Assembly (NCBI GenBank): GCA_945916235.1
Contig: CAMEGQ010000002.1
Location: forward strand, 4,786 to 68,785
Direction: 5' to 3'
DNA length: 64,000 bases
From: an uncultured Porphyromonadaceae bacterium
GTDB lineage: Bacteria > Bacteroidota > Bacteroidia > Bacteroidales > Muribaculaceae
In this document: positions 56,419-64,000 of the stretch, piece by piece
Layout: each line of letters starts with the position of its first letter
Numbering within the stretch: the first letter of the stretch is position 1
Made by a program: the position numbers and the translations under genes
The notes under the pieces: model-generated
What the model was told of the DNA's origin: nothing
Databases searched by the model: none
Seen by the model: only the letters and a program-made list of their open reading frames with translations

Positions 56419-57386
56419 TACTGATAGAGTGTTCCGGTGTTGACTACGGGCTGTGCGGGTTCGTCAGCGCAGAGCACTACCAGCAGGTTGCTCACCATGG
56501 CAGCCTTGCGCTCTTCGTCGAGTTCGACCACTCCGTCGGCTGAGAGCTGGTTGAGCGCCATCTTGACCATCGACACCGCACCCTCTACGATCTTCTCGCG
56601 GGCGGAAATGATGGCTGAAGCCTGCTGGCGGCGCAACATCACGGCGGCGATTTCGGGTGCGTAGGCCAGATAGTTGATGCGGGCTTCCACCACTTCTATG
56701 CCGGCCATGGCCAGGCGGTCGTTGATCTTGTTTTCGAGTAGGTCGTTGATTTCGTCGCCGCCTGAACGCAGCGTTATGGCCTCGTCGCCGGGCTCCATGG
56801 CGTCGTAGGCATAATGGCCCGTCACCTCGCGCAGGGCGGCGTCGCCCTGAATGCGTACGAACGAGTTGAGCCCTTTGGTGAATCCGTTGTTTTCGGTGAT
56901 TTCGCCCTGCTTGTTGACTACGGCGGTGTTGGGTGGAGTGTCCACATCAAACACAGCGCGGTAGGTGTCTTTCACTTTCCATACCAGCACCATGCCGATC
57001 ATCACCGGGTTGCCGATCTTGTCGTTGACCTTGATGGGGTCGATGTCCATATTGTTGATGCGCAGCGAGATCTTCTTACGGCTCATAAAGGGGTTGACCC
57101 AGAAGAAACCCGTCTGATGAAACGTGCCGCGGTATTTGCCGAAAAATATCATTACGCGACACTGGTTGGGTTGCTGCGAGAACAGGCCGATGGTGAGGAT
57201 GAGGTTGGCGACGAAGAGCACAAAGGCACCGACTGCCCCGATGGCGATGGTCGTATTGCTGGCGGCGGCGGCTGCCATGACTATGAGGAGCACCATGGCT
57301 ACGACAATCAGCAGGATGAGGCCAAGCATGACGAAGCCATTCATAATAAAGCCTGTGTAGGCTTGTTCCTTGTTTTTTGATTCCAT
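56418..57386 (-). CDS. SPFH/band-7 (stomatin/prohibitin-like) membrane protein
   Basis: 322 aa with two N-terminal TM spans. The SPFH core follows (..VMIFFGKYRGT..GFFWVNPF....ISLR..N......V.D..GNPV.I..V.VW.V.D) and then a coiled Ala-rich tail. Confidence 0.8.
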   Translation of the reverse strand: MESKNKEQAYTGFIMNGFVMLGLILLIVVAMVLLIVMAAAAASNTTIAIGAVGAFVLFVANLILTIGLFSQQPNQCRVMIFFGKYRGTFHQTGFFWVNPFMSRKKISLRINNMDIDPIKVNDKIGNPVMIGMVLVWKVKDTYRAVFDVDTPPNTAVVNKQGEITENNGFTKGLNSFVRIQGDAALREVTGHYAYDAMEPGDEAITLRSGGDEINDLLENKINDRLAMAGIEVVEARINYLAYAPEIAAVMLRRQQASAIISAREKIVEGAVSMVKMALNQLSADGVVELDEERKAAMVSNLLVVLCADEPAQPVVNTGTLYQ

Positions 57387-57550
57387 TTAAGTGATATTAT
57401 TTTGATATTATTCTGATGTCGCAAATTTACTCATAAGTCTGATATCAGCAAACATTTCCCGATTTTTTTTCATTAAAGTAATAGATGAAGTTCGCAGAAA
57501 TTGTGTAGCTTTGCGGACGAAGATTACCATTTACCAACCAACGAAACCTA

Positions 57551-58435
57551 ATGAACAAGCTCAGCATATTATTTTCAGCGGCGCTGCTATCAGCTGCAAT
57601 GTGCGCCTGCAGTAGCCACTCTAACGCAAATGATACAGCCGCCGACGGCGCGGCAACCGACTCCGTCGCAACCGCAGAGGAGGTGAACGCTCAGGCGTTT
57701 GCCACTGTCCCGGCGCTCTTTGCCGATTCCATAGATATACAGGGGATTAAAGGCCGCGTAAAGATCAGCGGAGAGTATCCCGAAGGGGAGTCGCCGGCAG
57801 TCGACAGTGTGCGCCACTGGCTGGCCAACATCCTTATCAGCCAGTCGGAAAACAAGGACGCGCACCCGCAGCTTGCCGCCGGACAGTCGCTGGCCGACCA
57901 GGTAGGACGGCTGTATATGGCTGATGCCAAGGAGAATATAAAGGCTATGGAGGGTATCGGCGTAAGCTATGGCTACGAAGCCGACATCAATTTCGGCAAG
58001 GAATTTCTGACCGACAGTCTTGTGACGTATTACTGCACCAGCTATTTCTATCTCGGAGGTGCTCACGGGAGTACATCGGCTATGGCTGCCACGTTCCGCC
58101 TCGGTAACGGAGAGCAGCTTACGTTTGCCAACACTTTCCTTCCGGATGCCACTCCCAAGCTTATCGACTTGATCCGCAAGGGCCTGTGGACCCAGTATTT
58201 CAACCCCGAAGCCTCCGACGACGGCATACATTCGCTTCGCGACGCGCTGCTCATCGATCCCGACACCCTGCCGCTCCCCGCCACCGGGTTAACCTTCATG
58301 ACCAAGGGGATGAACGTCACCTACCAGCAGTATGAGATCGCCTGCTACGCCGCCGGAATGCCCTCCTGCACCCTTCCGTATGCGGCCATCCGCCCGCTTA
58401 TGCGCCCTGCCATGCGTCAGCTTCTCCCGAAATAA
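57551..58435 (+). CDS. Lipoprotein with DUF4163/DUF3298-like domains
   Basis: 294 aa with lipobox AMCAC and a characteristic YLGGAHG motif (SYFYLGGAHGSTS) in the second half. Confidence 0.7.
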   Translation: MNKLSILFSAALLSAAMCACSSHSNANDTAADGAATDSVATAEEVNAQAFATVPALFADSIDIQGIKGRVKISGEYPEGESPAVDSVRHWLANILISQSENKDAHPQLAAGQSLADQVGRLYMADAKENIKAMEGIGVSYGYEADINFGKEFLTDSLVTYYCTSYFYLGGAHGSTSAMAATFRLGNGEQLTFANTFLPDATPKLIDLIRKGLWTQYFNPEASDDGIHSLRDALLIDPDTLPLPATGLTFMTKGMNVTYQQYEIACYAAGMPSCTLPYAAIRPLMRPAMRQLLPK

Positions 58436-58490
58436 GCTCTGGTTCGCAATCAAAGACAGGGGATAGTTCGCTGATTGTTTGTGTCGGGGG

Positions 58491-58973
58491 CTATTCCTTG
58501 CATTTTCCCACCGGAGGCTCGGTGAGGACTATTCTGACCACATTCGTACAGGCCAGCGAGCGCTCGATGGCCGCATCGAAGTGGCTCATCTGTTTAGGCA
58601 GAAATCGCCGGCATAAAAGACGCAGGGCCTCGGTCTTTTCCTCGGGGTCTACCACTTGCTCAGCCCGGCCTATGGCTATGGCCGAATGGTAATGTTCCGT
58701 AAAATTGTTTTTCTCTTCCTCGTAGGCCGGCGTGCATTTTGACACCGCCGACAGGCTGACCGTGGGACAATGCAACAGGCAGTCGAGCTTCTCCCCCTCG
58801 AAAGCGCAGTGGAAATAGAAGGTCTGCTCATCCTTTCTGACTATGGAAAGCGGCACCCCATAGGGCGAGCCGTCGGGCCGTACCATGCTCAGAGTGACGT
58901 ACGGCGCCTTGTCAAACACCTCCAGTGCCCACCGGGCATCCTTCATCCGTTGGTATTTTCGCATTTGTTTCAT
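58491..58973 (-). CDS. Pyridoxamine 5'-phosphate oxidase-family (flavin-binding, NimA-like) protein
   Basis: The start is at MKQMRKYQR. WALEVFDKAPYVTLSMVRPDGSPYGVPLS...FYFHCA.EG.K is a split-barrel FMN-binding pattern. Confidence 0.75.
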   Translation of the reverse strand: MKQMRKYQRMKDARWALEVFDKAPYVTLSMVRPDGSPYGVPLSIVRKDEQTFYFHCAFEGEKLDCLLHCPTVSLSAVSKCTPAYEEEKNNFTEHYHSAIAIGRAEQVVDPEEKTEALRLLCRRFLPKQMSHFDAAIERSLACTNVVRIVLTEPPVGKCKE

Positions 58974-59211
58974 AGCGATATTTCTTTTTACGGCCTCAAA
59001 ATTACGAAAAATCTGCGTAGGGAGCGATGCAGACAAAGGGGCAAAGTTAAATCTCGAGCGGAAGTTTTTAAAATAAATTAGCGATTTGGCAGTCAGATGG
59101 TTAAAATCCGGTTAAACACGAGCCGGATTTTAAACTCCGGGGTTTTATCTGCATCTTAGAGTTGTACGAAAATCATAAAAACAAAATCATAAAAACAACA
59201 GATACACTACT

Positions 59212-59742
59212 ATGAAAAAGAAAATTTTGACCCTTTCGCTCGCAGCCATCGCGCTGATGGGCTTCAACGCTAAAGCTCAGGATACCGCTGCATGTCCCGA
59301 AAATATGTGCCCTCAGGCACCCTGCCCTCAGGCACCCTGTCCTGATGCTCCGAAAGGCAACTTCGGTCCGTGCGACCCTGCATGCTTCGAGGGGATTACC
59401 CTTACCGACGCCCAGAAATCGGAGTTCAAGGCTCTCAACGACAAGGTTCGTGCCGAGCGTAAAGACCGCATGAAAGCCCATCGGGCACAAAAGCAGCGTG
59501 TCGATTCGCTTGCCCGCTTAGAGCGCCGCGCCGCAAAGAAATCGTATCTCGACGGCGTGAAGTCGATTCTCACCCCCGAGCAGTATACAACTTTCCTCGA
59601 AAACTCCTATTTAAACGGAGGCGCTAAAGGAAAGCGTGGCCCGGCCTTCAAAAAGGGACGCCACCATGGCGGCCACCCCGGCTTTGGTCCCGAAGGCCGC
59701 CCCTTCGGCAAGAAATTTGACAAGAAAGCAGACAATAAATAA
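59212..59742 (+). CDS. Periplasmic LTXXQ-motif protein (Spy/CpxP/ZraP-like) with Cys-Pro-rich N-tail and His/Gly-rich C-tail
   Basis: 176 aa with a signal peptide and two LTXXQ motifs (LTDAQK, LTPEQY). The N-terminal CPENMCPQAPCPQAPCPDAP...CDPAC carries 6 Cys, and the C-terminus is GRHHGGHPGFGPEGRPFG. Confidence 0.65.
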   Translation: MKKKILTLSLAAIALMGFNAKAQDTAACPENMCPQAPCPQAPCPDAPKGNFGPCDPACFEGITLTDAQKSEFKALNDKVRAERKDRMKAHRAQKQRVDSLARLERRAAKKSYLDGVKSILTPEQYTTFLENSYLNGGAKGKRGPAFKKGRHHGGHPGFGPEGRPFGKKFDKKADNK

Positions 59743-59835
59743 GCAACCTTTTCCCATAGTGTCTACAAGCGATTAAGATAGTTTTTCATAAATAGATTTA
59801 GGTTATATAGGTAATTTCAGGTTAATGAGAACTCT

Positions 59836-59871
59836 CAGAGGCTGCCCTTCCCACCGAAGGCGCAGCCTCTG
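59836..59871 (+). terminator. Hairpin downstream of the LTXXQ gene (putative terminator)
   Basis: Perfect 10-bp stem cagaggctgc/gcagcctctg with a 16-nt loop and no U-tract. Confidence 0.4.
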
Positions 59872-59929
59872 CGGCATTCCGCCCCTCCGCCCCGGCGCCA
59901 GGTACGGTCATAATAAGCCGCGCGATTCA

Positions 59930-59961
59930 TTTGGGACATTTGAAAAAAATGCCTACATTTG
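59930..59961 (+). promoter_or_regulatory. Bacteroidota promoter (-33 TTTG, 20-nt spacer, -7 TAcaTTTG) of the thi operon
   Basis: TTTG at 59930-59933 and tacatttg at 59954-59961, about 75 nt upstream of the TPP riboswitch P1 stem. Confidence 0.55.
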
Positions 59962-60037
59962 CTTTTGAAATATGGAGACGCGTTCGGCCGAGTCATGTAG
60001 CTTCTGTCTCATCCCGCGCCAATGCCTCCGATTGACA

Positions 60038-60120
60038 ACAAGAGGGGTGCCCCGGAACGACTGCGGGCTGAGATCATACCCTTGGAACTTGATGCAGTTA
60101 ACGCTGCCGGAAGAACTTGT
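60038..60120 (+). promoter_or_regulatory. TPP (THI-box) riboswitch
   Basis: P1 is acaag/cttgt. The conserved cores are GGGGTGC..., GCTGAGA and ACCC...GAACTTGATGCAGTTAACGCTGCCGGAAG (cf. CUGAGA / ACCUGAUCUGGAUAAUGCCAGCG). It lies directly upstream of thiS. Confidence 0.85.
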
Positions 60121-60176
60121 GTCCACCGCATCCTCCAGTCCCCCTTCGACTAACGTTTAAAAACTCATTTACGCAG

Positions 60177-60380
60177 ATGTTGGTAATGATCAACAATCGG
60201 CCGGTCGAGGTCGCAGACGATGTAACCACTCTCGCTCAACTGCTTGAGCGAGAAGGATGTGCCGGCCCGGGTCAGGCTGTAGCCGTAGGCGAAACGGTGG
60301 TGCCGCGCACCCGCTGGGGCGCCACGCCGCTGAAAGAAGGGATGAAGATAATAGTGATTCGCGCCGTGTGCGGCGGCTGA
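60177..60380 (+). CDS. thiS: Sulfur-carrier protein ThiS
   Basis: 67 aa from the internal ATG (MLVMINNRPVEV...). It has a ubiquitin-like size and a C-terminal ..CGG. Confidence 0.85.
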   Translation: MLVMINNRPVEVADDVTTLAQLLEREGCAGPGQAVAVGETVVPRTRWGATPLKEGMKIIVIRAVCGG

Positions 60381-60422
60381 CCGCCTGCAGCATACGATTT
60401 AATCGCTGTGGAAACCCTGAGG

Positions 60423-61655
60423 ATGAAGAAGATAGCCATTACCATGCCGGAATTCTACCCCGGCGAGGCCGAAGCTATAGTCCGCGCGCTGAGCGACGAT
60501 GCGGACTATGGTGGTTTTGCGCGTGTGCATATACGCAAGCCCGGTGCAGATCCAGAGCAAATCGCCGGACTAATCTCGCAGATCCCCACCCGATTACGCT
60601 CGCGAATCACCATCCACGACGGCTTCTCGGCTCCGGGGGCGGGCGGGGTGCATCTCAATAGCCGCAATCCTCAGGCGCCGCAGGGATGGAGCGGGCTGAT
60701 AAGCCGTTCGCTCCATACGCTCGCGGAGCTGGAAGGCGTCGGTCAGGAGGTGGACTATGCCTTCATCAGCCCCATCTACGAGAGTCTTTCCAAGCCGGGC
60801 TACAAGCCGGCTTTCACTCTCGCCCGGGTGGCCGAAGCCATCTGCCGTCTGCGCAAGCATAACCGCCACACCGAAATCTACGGTCTTGGTGGCGTCACAG
60901 ACTCAAACATTTGCAAATTAGCATCATACGGACTGGACGGAGGCGCCATGCTCACGGCTGCATGGCTGCCACGGTCGGCCGCAAACCATGAAATGAAAAC
61001 GACTGATAAATTTTCGCTCCGCGACTTCGCCCTTCAGCTGATCACTCATCCCTACGAAGGGATGGGTTTGGCCGACGGAGCGCGCAAGGCGCTGGCCGGC
61101 GGATGCCGCTGGGTGCAGCTCCGCCATAAGGACGCGCAGGAGGAAATCCTACTGGAGCAGGGGCGCGAGATTGCGGCCATGTGCCGTGAGTACGGAGCTG
61201 TGTTCATTGTCGACGACCATGTCGACCTGGTCAGGCCTCTTGGTGCCGACGGCGTTCATCTTGGCAAAAACGATATGCCGGTGGCTGAGGCTCGTGCCAG
61301 CCTCGGGCCCGAGGCCATCATCGGCGCTACGGCCAACAACTTCGCCGACCTTCGGGCTGCTGCCGAAGCCGGAGCCGACTATGTGGGTGTAGGGCCGTTC
61401 CGGTTCACTCAGACCAAGAAAAATCTCAGCCCTATCCTGGGGTTCGAGGGCTACCGCGCCATAGTGGAGCAATGCCGCCGCGAGCGGATTACCATCCCCA
61501 TCGTGGCCATCGGCGGGATTACCCCTGCCGACATTCCGGCGATTATGGCCACAGGAGTCGGCGGCATCGCCGCCAGCTCCACCATCCTCTCGGCTCCCGA
61601 CCCGACGGCGCAGACGGCCACGCTGCTGGCCTCAATCCTCGAATCAGCTCATTAA
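60423..61655 (+). CDS. thiE: Thiamine-phosphate synthase, tandem (degenerate ThiE/TenI-like domain plus canonical ThiE domain)
   Basis: The second half is canonical ThiE (VQLRHKD....L....I...C...[11 protein letters not shown]....[11 protein letters not shown]...AR..LG...IIG.....F.....A...[13 protein letters not shown]......G......IP.VAIGGI). The first ~195 aa has a similar TIM-like layout (HIRKPG...). Confidence 0.8.
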   Translation: MKKIAITMPEFYPGEAEAIVRALSDDADYGGFARVHIRKPGADPEQIAGLISQIPTRLRSRITIHDGFSAPGAGGVHLNSRNPQAPQGWSGLISRSLHTLAELEGVGQEVDYAFISPIYESLSKPGYKPAFTLARVAEAICRLRKHNRHTEIYGLGGVTDSNICKLASYGLDGGAMLTAAWLPRSAANHEMKTTDKFSLRDFALQLITHPYEGMGLADGARKALAGGCRWVQLRHKDAQEEILLEQGREIAAMCREYGAVFIVDDHVDLVRPLGADGVHLGKNDMPVAEARASLGPEAIIGATANNFADLRAAAEAGADYVGVGPFRFTQTKKNLSPILGFEGYRAIVEQCRRERITIPIVAIGGITPADIPAIMATGVGGIAASSTILSAPDPTAQTATLLASILESAH

Positions 61656-61681
61656 CAGATATTTCAATATTACAACCATAC

Positions 61682-62452
61682 ATGAAAGATATTCTCACCA
61701 TCGGAGGACGCGACTTCACCTCGCGCCTCTTTGTCGGAACGGGCAAGTTCCGCAGCAACGACCAGATGTCGAAGGCCATAGCCGCCTCCGGCAGCCAGAT
61801 GGTCACCGTGGCCATGAAGCGCATCGACATGGACAACCGCCAGGACGAGATGCTCTCGCACATAGTGCGCGACGGAGTGCAGCTGCTTCCCAACACCTCG
61901 GGCGTGCGCAATGCCAGAGAGGCCGTATTCGCCGCTCAGCTTTCGCGCGAAGCCTTCGGCACCAATTTTATCAAACTTGAAATCCACCCCGATCCCAAAT
62001 ATCTGCTCCCCGACCCGGTGGAGACGCTCAAAGCTACGGAGGAACTGGCCAAGATGGGTTTTGTAGTGCTTCCGTACATCCAGGCCGACCCTGTGCTCTG
62101 CAAGCGTCTGGAGGAGGCCGGAGCCGCTACGGTGATGCCTCTGGCCGCTCCTATCGGCTCGAACAAAGGGCTGGTGACGCGCGAACTTATTAAGATTATT
62201 GTGGAGCAAAGCCGCGTGCCTGTGGTGGTCGACGCCGGTCTGGGCGCGCCCTCCCATGCCGCCGAGGCTATGGAGCTGGGGGCCGACGCCGTGCTGGTCA
62301 ATACTGCAATCGCCGTGGCCGGCGACCCCGAAGCCATGGCCCGCGCCTTCGCCAAGGCCACCGAGGCCGGCCGCGAGGCTTATCTGGCCGGGCTGGGCGC
62401 CATAGCCGACTGCGCCGAGGCTTCATCGCCCCTGACCTCTTTCCTCGATTAA
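61682..62452 (+). CDS. thiG: Thiazole synthase
   Basis: Start placed at [23 protein letters not shown]. The 61472 extension overlaps thiE in a different frame. LLPNTSG, IKLE..PD...LLPD, VLPY..D.....RLE..G...VMPL..PIGSN.G and VVDAG.G.PS.A..AME.GADAVL.NTAIA are present. Confidence 0.9.
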   Translation: MKDILTIGGRDFTSRLFVGTGKFRSNDQMSKAIAASGSQMVTVAMKRIDMDNRQDEMLSHIVRDGVQLLPNTSGVRNAREAVFAAQLSREAFGTNFIKLEIHPDPKYLLPDPVETLKATEELAKMGFVVLPYIQADPVLCKRLEEAGAATVMPLAAPIGSNKGLVTRELIKIIVEQSRVPVVVDAGLGAPSHAAEAMELGADAVLVNTAIAVAGDPEAMARAFAKATEAGREAYLAGLGAIADCAEASSPLTSFLD

Positions 62453-62470
62453 AAAAGAAGATACCACGAT

Positions 62471-63583
62471 ATGTTTTCTGATTTTTTAGCTGAAAATTAC
62501 GACTGGGAGCAGACCACGGCCGACATTATGGCCATGACGGCGGCCGATGTCGAGCGTGCCCTGTCGCGCGAGAATCTCACCGACCGCGACTTCATGGCTC
62601 TGATTTCGCCTGCCGCCGCTCCCTACATCGAGCAGATGGCCCGTCGCAGCCGCGCTATCACCGAGCGCCGCTTCGGAAAGACCATCTCGATATTTATCCC
62701 GCTGTATATCACCAATTCGTGCACTAACTCGTGTGTATACTGCGGGTTCAACCGCCACAACAAGATCCCGAGGGTGGTGCTCACTCCCGAGCAGATCGAG
62801 ATGGAATGTAAGGCCATCAAGAAGATGGGGCCGTTTGAAAACCTTCTGATTGTCACGGGCGAAAACCCCGTGGTGGCCGGTACTGACTACATTGAGAAGG
62901 CCCTGCAGGTGTGCCGTCCCTACTTCAGCAATCTTACCATCGAAGTGATGCCGCTTTCGGCCGAAGACTATGAGCGCCTGACCCACTCGGGCCTCAACGG
63001 CGTCACCTGCTTTCAGGAGACCTACCACCGCGAGCGTTACAAGGTGTATCACCCCGCCGGGATGAAGTCGAAATTCGAATGGCGTTGCGACGCTTTCGAC
63101 CGCATGGGGATGGCCGGGGTGCATAAGATCGGCATGGGAGTACTCATAGGTCTGGAGGACTGGCGCACCGACGTGACGATGATGGCGCGCCATCTGCGCT
63201 ATCTGCGCAAGCGCTACTGGCAGACGAAATATTCGGTCAACTTCCCGCGTATGCGCCCGTCGGAGTCGGGCTTCCAGCCCAACGTCGTGATGAGCGACCG
63301 CGAACTGGCCCAGCTCACGTTCGCTTTCCGCATCTTCGACCCCGACGTCGACATCTCATACTCCACCCGTGAGGAACATAAATTCCGCAACAATATGGCC
63401 ACTCTGGGCGTCACCACCATGAGCGCCGGATCGAAGACCGACCCGGGAGGCTACGCCGTGAACCCCGAATCGCTGGAGCAGTTTGCCATCAGCGACCCCA
63501 CCAGCCCCGATCAGGTGGCTGCCGACCTACGCGCCTTGGGCCGCGAGCCGGTGTGGAAAGACTGGGACCGCTGTTTCGACTGA
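62471..63583 (+). CDS. thiH: 2-iminoacetate synthase (radical SAM)
   Basis: 370 aa with radical-SAM cluster motif CTNSCVYCGF and ThiH-like length and context. Confidence 0.9.
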   Translation: MFSDFLAENYDWEQTTADIMAMTAADVERALSRENLTDRDFMALISPAAAPYIEQMARRSRAITERRFGKTISIFIPLYITNSCTNSCVYCGFNRHNKIPRVVLTPEQIEMECKAIKKMGPFENLLIVTGENPVVAGTDYIEKALQVCRPYFSNLTIEVMPLSAEDYERLTHSGLNGVTCFQETYHRERYKVYHPAGMKSKFEWRCDAFDRMGMAGVHKIGMGVLIGLEDWRTDVTMMARHLRYLRKRYWQTKYSVNFPRMRPSESGFQPNVVMSDRELAQLTFAFRIFDPDVDISYSTREEHKFRNNMATLGVTTMSAGSKTDPGGYAVNPESLEQFAISDPTSPDQVAADLRALGREPVWKDWDRCFD

Positions 63584-63594
63584 AATTCACCCGT

Positions 63595-64000
63595 ATGAAT
63601 CCATCAAATTCCGACTTTGCCGAACGTTATTCCCGGCAGACGATGCTCGGGCAGCTGGGGCCAGAAGGGCAGCTGCGGCTGGCTGCGGCTTCAGTGCTGG
63701 TAGTCGGGCTGGGCGGCCTCGGGTCGCCTGTGGCCACCTACCTGACGGCGGCCGGCATCGGCCGTATCGGCCTGTGCGACCCCGATGTGGTGTCGCTCTC
63801 CAACCTTCAGCGCCAGACGCTCTACACTGCCGACGAGGTGGGGCTCCCCAAGGCGGAGTGCGCCCTGCGCAGGCTCCGCGCCCAGTCGCCCTCTACGCAG
63901 TTCGACCTTCATCCCCGGGGGATTACGCCGGCGAACGCCTCCGATCTTGTGGAGCACTACGACATTGTCGCCGACTGCACCGATAATTTCGCCACGCGCT
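63595..64000 (+). CDS. thiF: ThiF/MoeB/HesA-family adenylyltransferase, N-terminal part (continues past the right edge)
   Basis: Hand translation from ATG 63595 gives MNPSNSDFAERYSRQTMLGQLGPEGQLRLAAASVLVVGLGGLGSPVATYLTAAGIGRIGLCDPDVVSLSNLQRQ... It is absent from the ORF track because no stop lies in the window. ORF 63483-63986 is in a wrong frame. Confidence 0.85.
   Translation, partial: MNPSNSDFAERYSRQTMLGQLGPEGQLRLAAASVLVVGLGGLGSPVATYLTAAGIGRIGLCDPDVVSLSNLQRQTLYTADEVGLPKAECALRRLRAQSPSTQFDLHPRGITPANASDLVEHYDIVADCTDNFATR

Noticed and set aside
61472-61681. Upstream extension of the thiG ORF ([17 protein letters not shown]...).
   Set aside because: It overlaps the 3' end of thiE in another frame and is Arg/His-rich nonsense. 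The canonical ThiG N-terminus [17 protein letters not shown] starts at 61682.
63483-63986. 167-aa + strand ORF spanning the thiH end and the start of the next gene.
   Set aside because: It is in a wrong frame and its product is Ala/Arg/Pro-rich. The frame starting at ATG 63595 gives a clean ThiF/MoeB N-terminus (RYSRQ..GLGGLGS).

Overview
GC-rich Bacteroidota (Bacteroidales-type) chromosomal window. Supporting signs are a SusC/SusD pair, TAnnTTTG -7 promoter boxes, lipoprotein signal peptides and one T9SS C-terminal sorting domain. The left third (1-21.4 kb) holds housekeeping and sugar catabolism genes: a partial mfd, an S41 peptidase, an NSS transporter, gpsA, lysS, an exuT-like MFS transporter, tRNA-Lys(CUU), uxaC with a decayed uxaB, and a complete rhaB-rhaA-rhaT-rhaD rhamnose operon. 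The centre (21.5-53.4 kb) lies entirely on the minus strand and is a ~32 kb polysaccharide-utilisation-type locus. It carries GH97, an ECF sigma factor, a glutaminase-A-like putative glycosidase, two paralogous GH101/GH129-like enzymes and a DUF1735/discoidin lipoprotein. It also carries SusD, SusC (with an STN domain), a FecR-type anti-sigma factor, a five-gene array built from repeated atypical discoidin-like modules, GH78 alpha-L-rhamnosidase and two trehalase-like (alpha/alpha)6 enzymes. The right end (53.5-64 kb) holds small redox and stress genes, a degenerate toxin-antitoxin pair, an SPFH/RHH/HAD operon and a TPP-riboswitch-controlled thiS-thiE-thiG-thiH-thiF' operon. The best candidates for something undescribed are the discoidin-repeat array (with its fimbrillin fusion, T9SS mini-protein and fused catalytic domain), the thrice-duplicated GH101-like domain, a promoter-like element shared by this array and possibly the rha operon, and a 15-bp perfect inverted repeat bracketing the rha leader. 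No CRISPR array, rRNA gene, integrase or transposase was seen. All family assignments come from motif recognition by eye and need HMM or BLAST confirmation.
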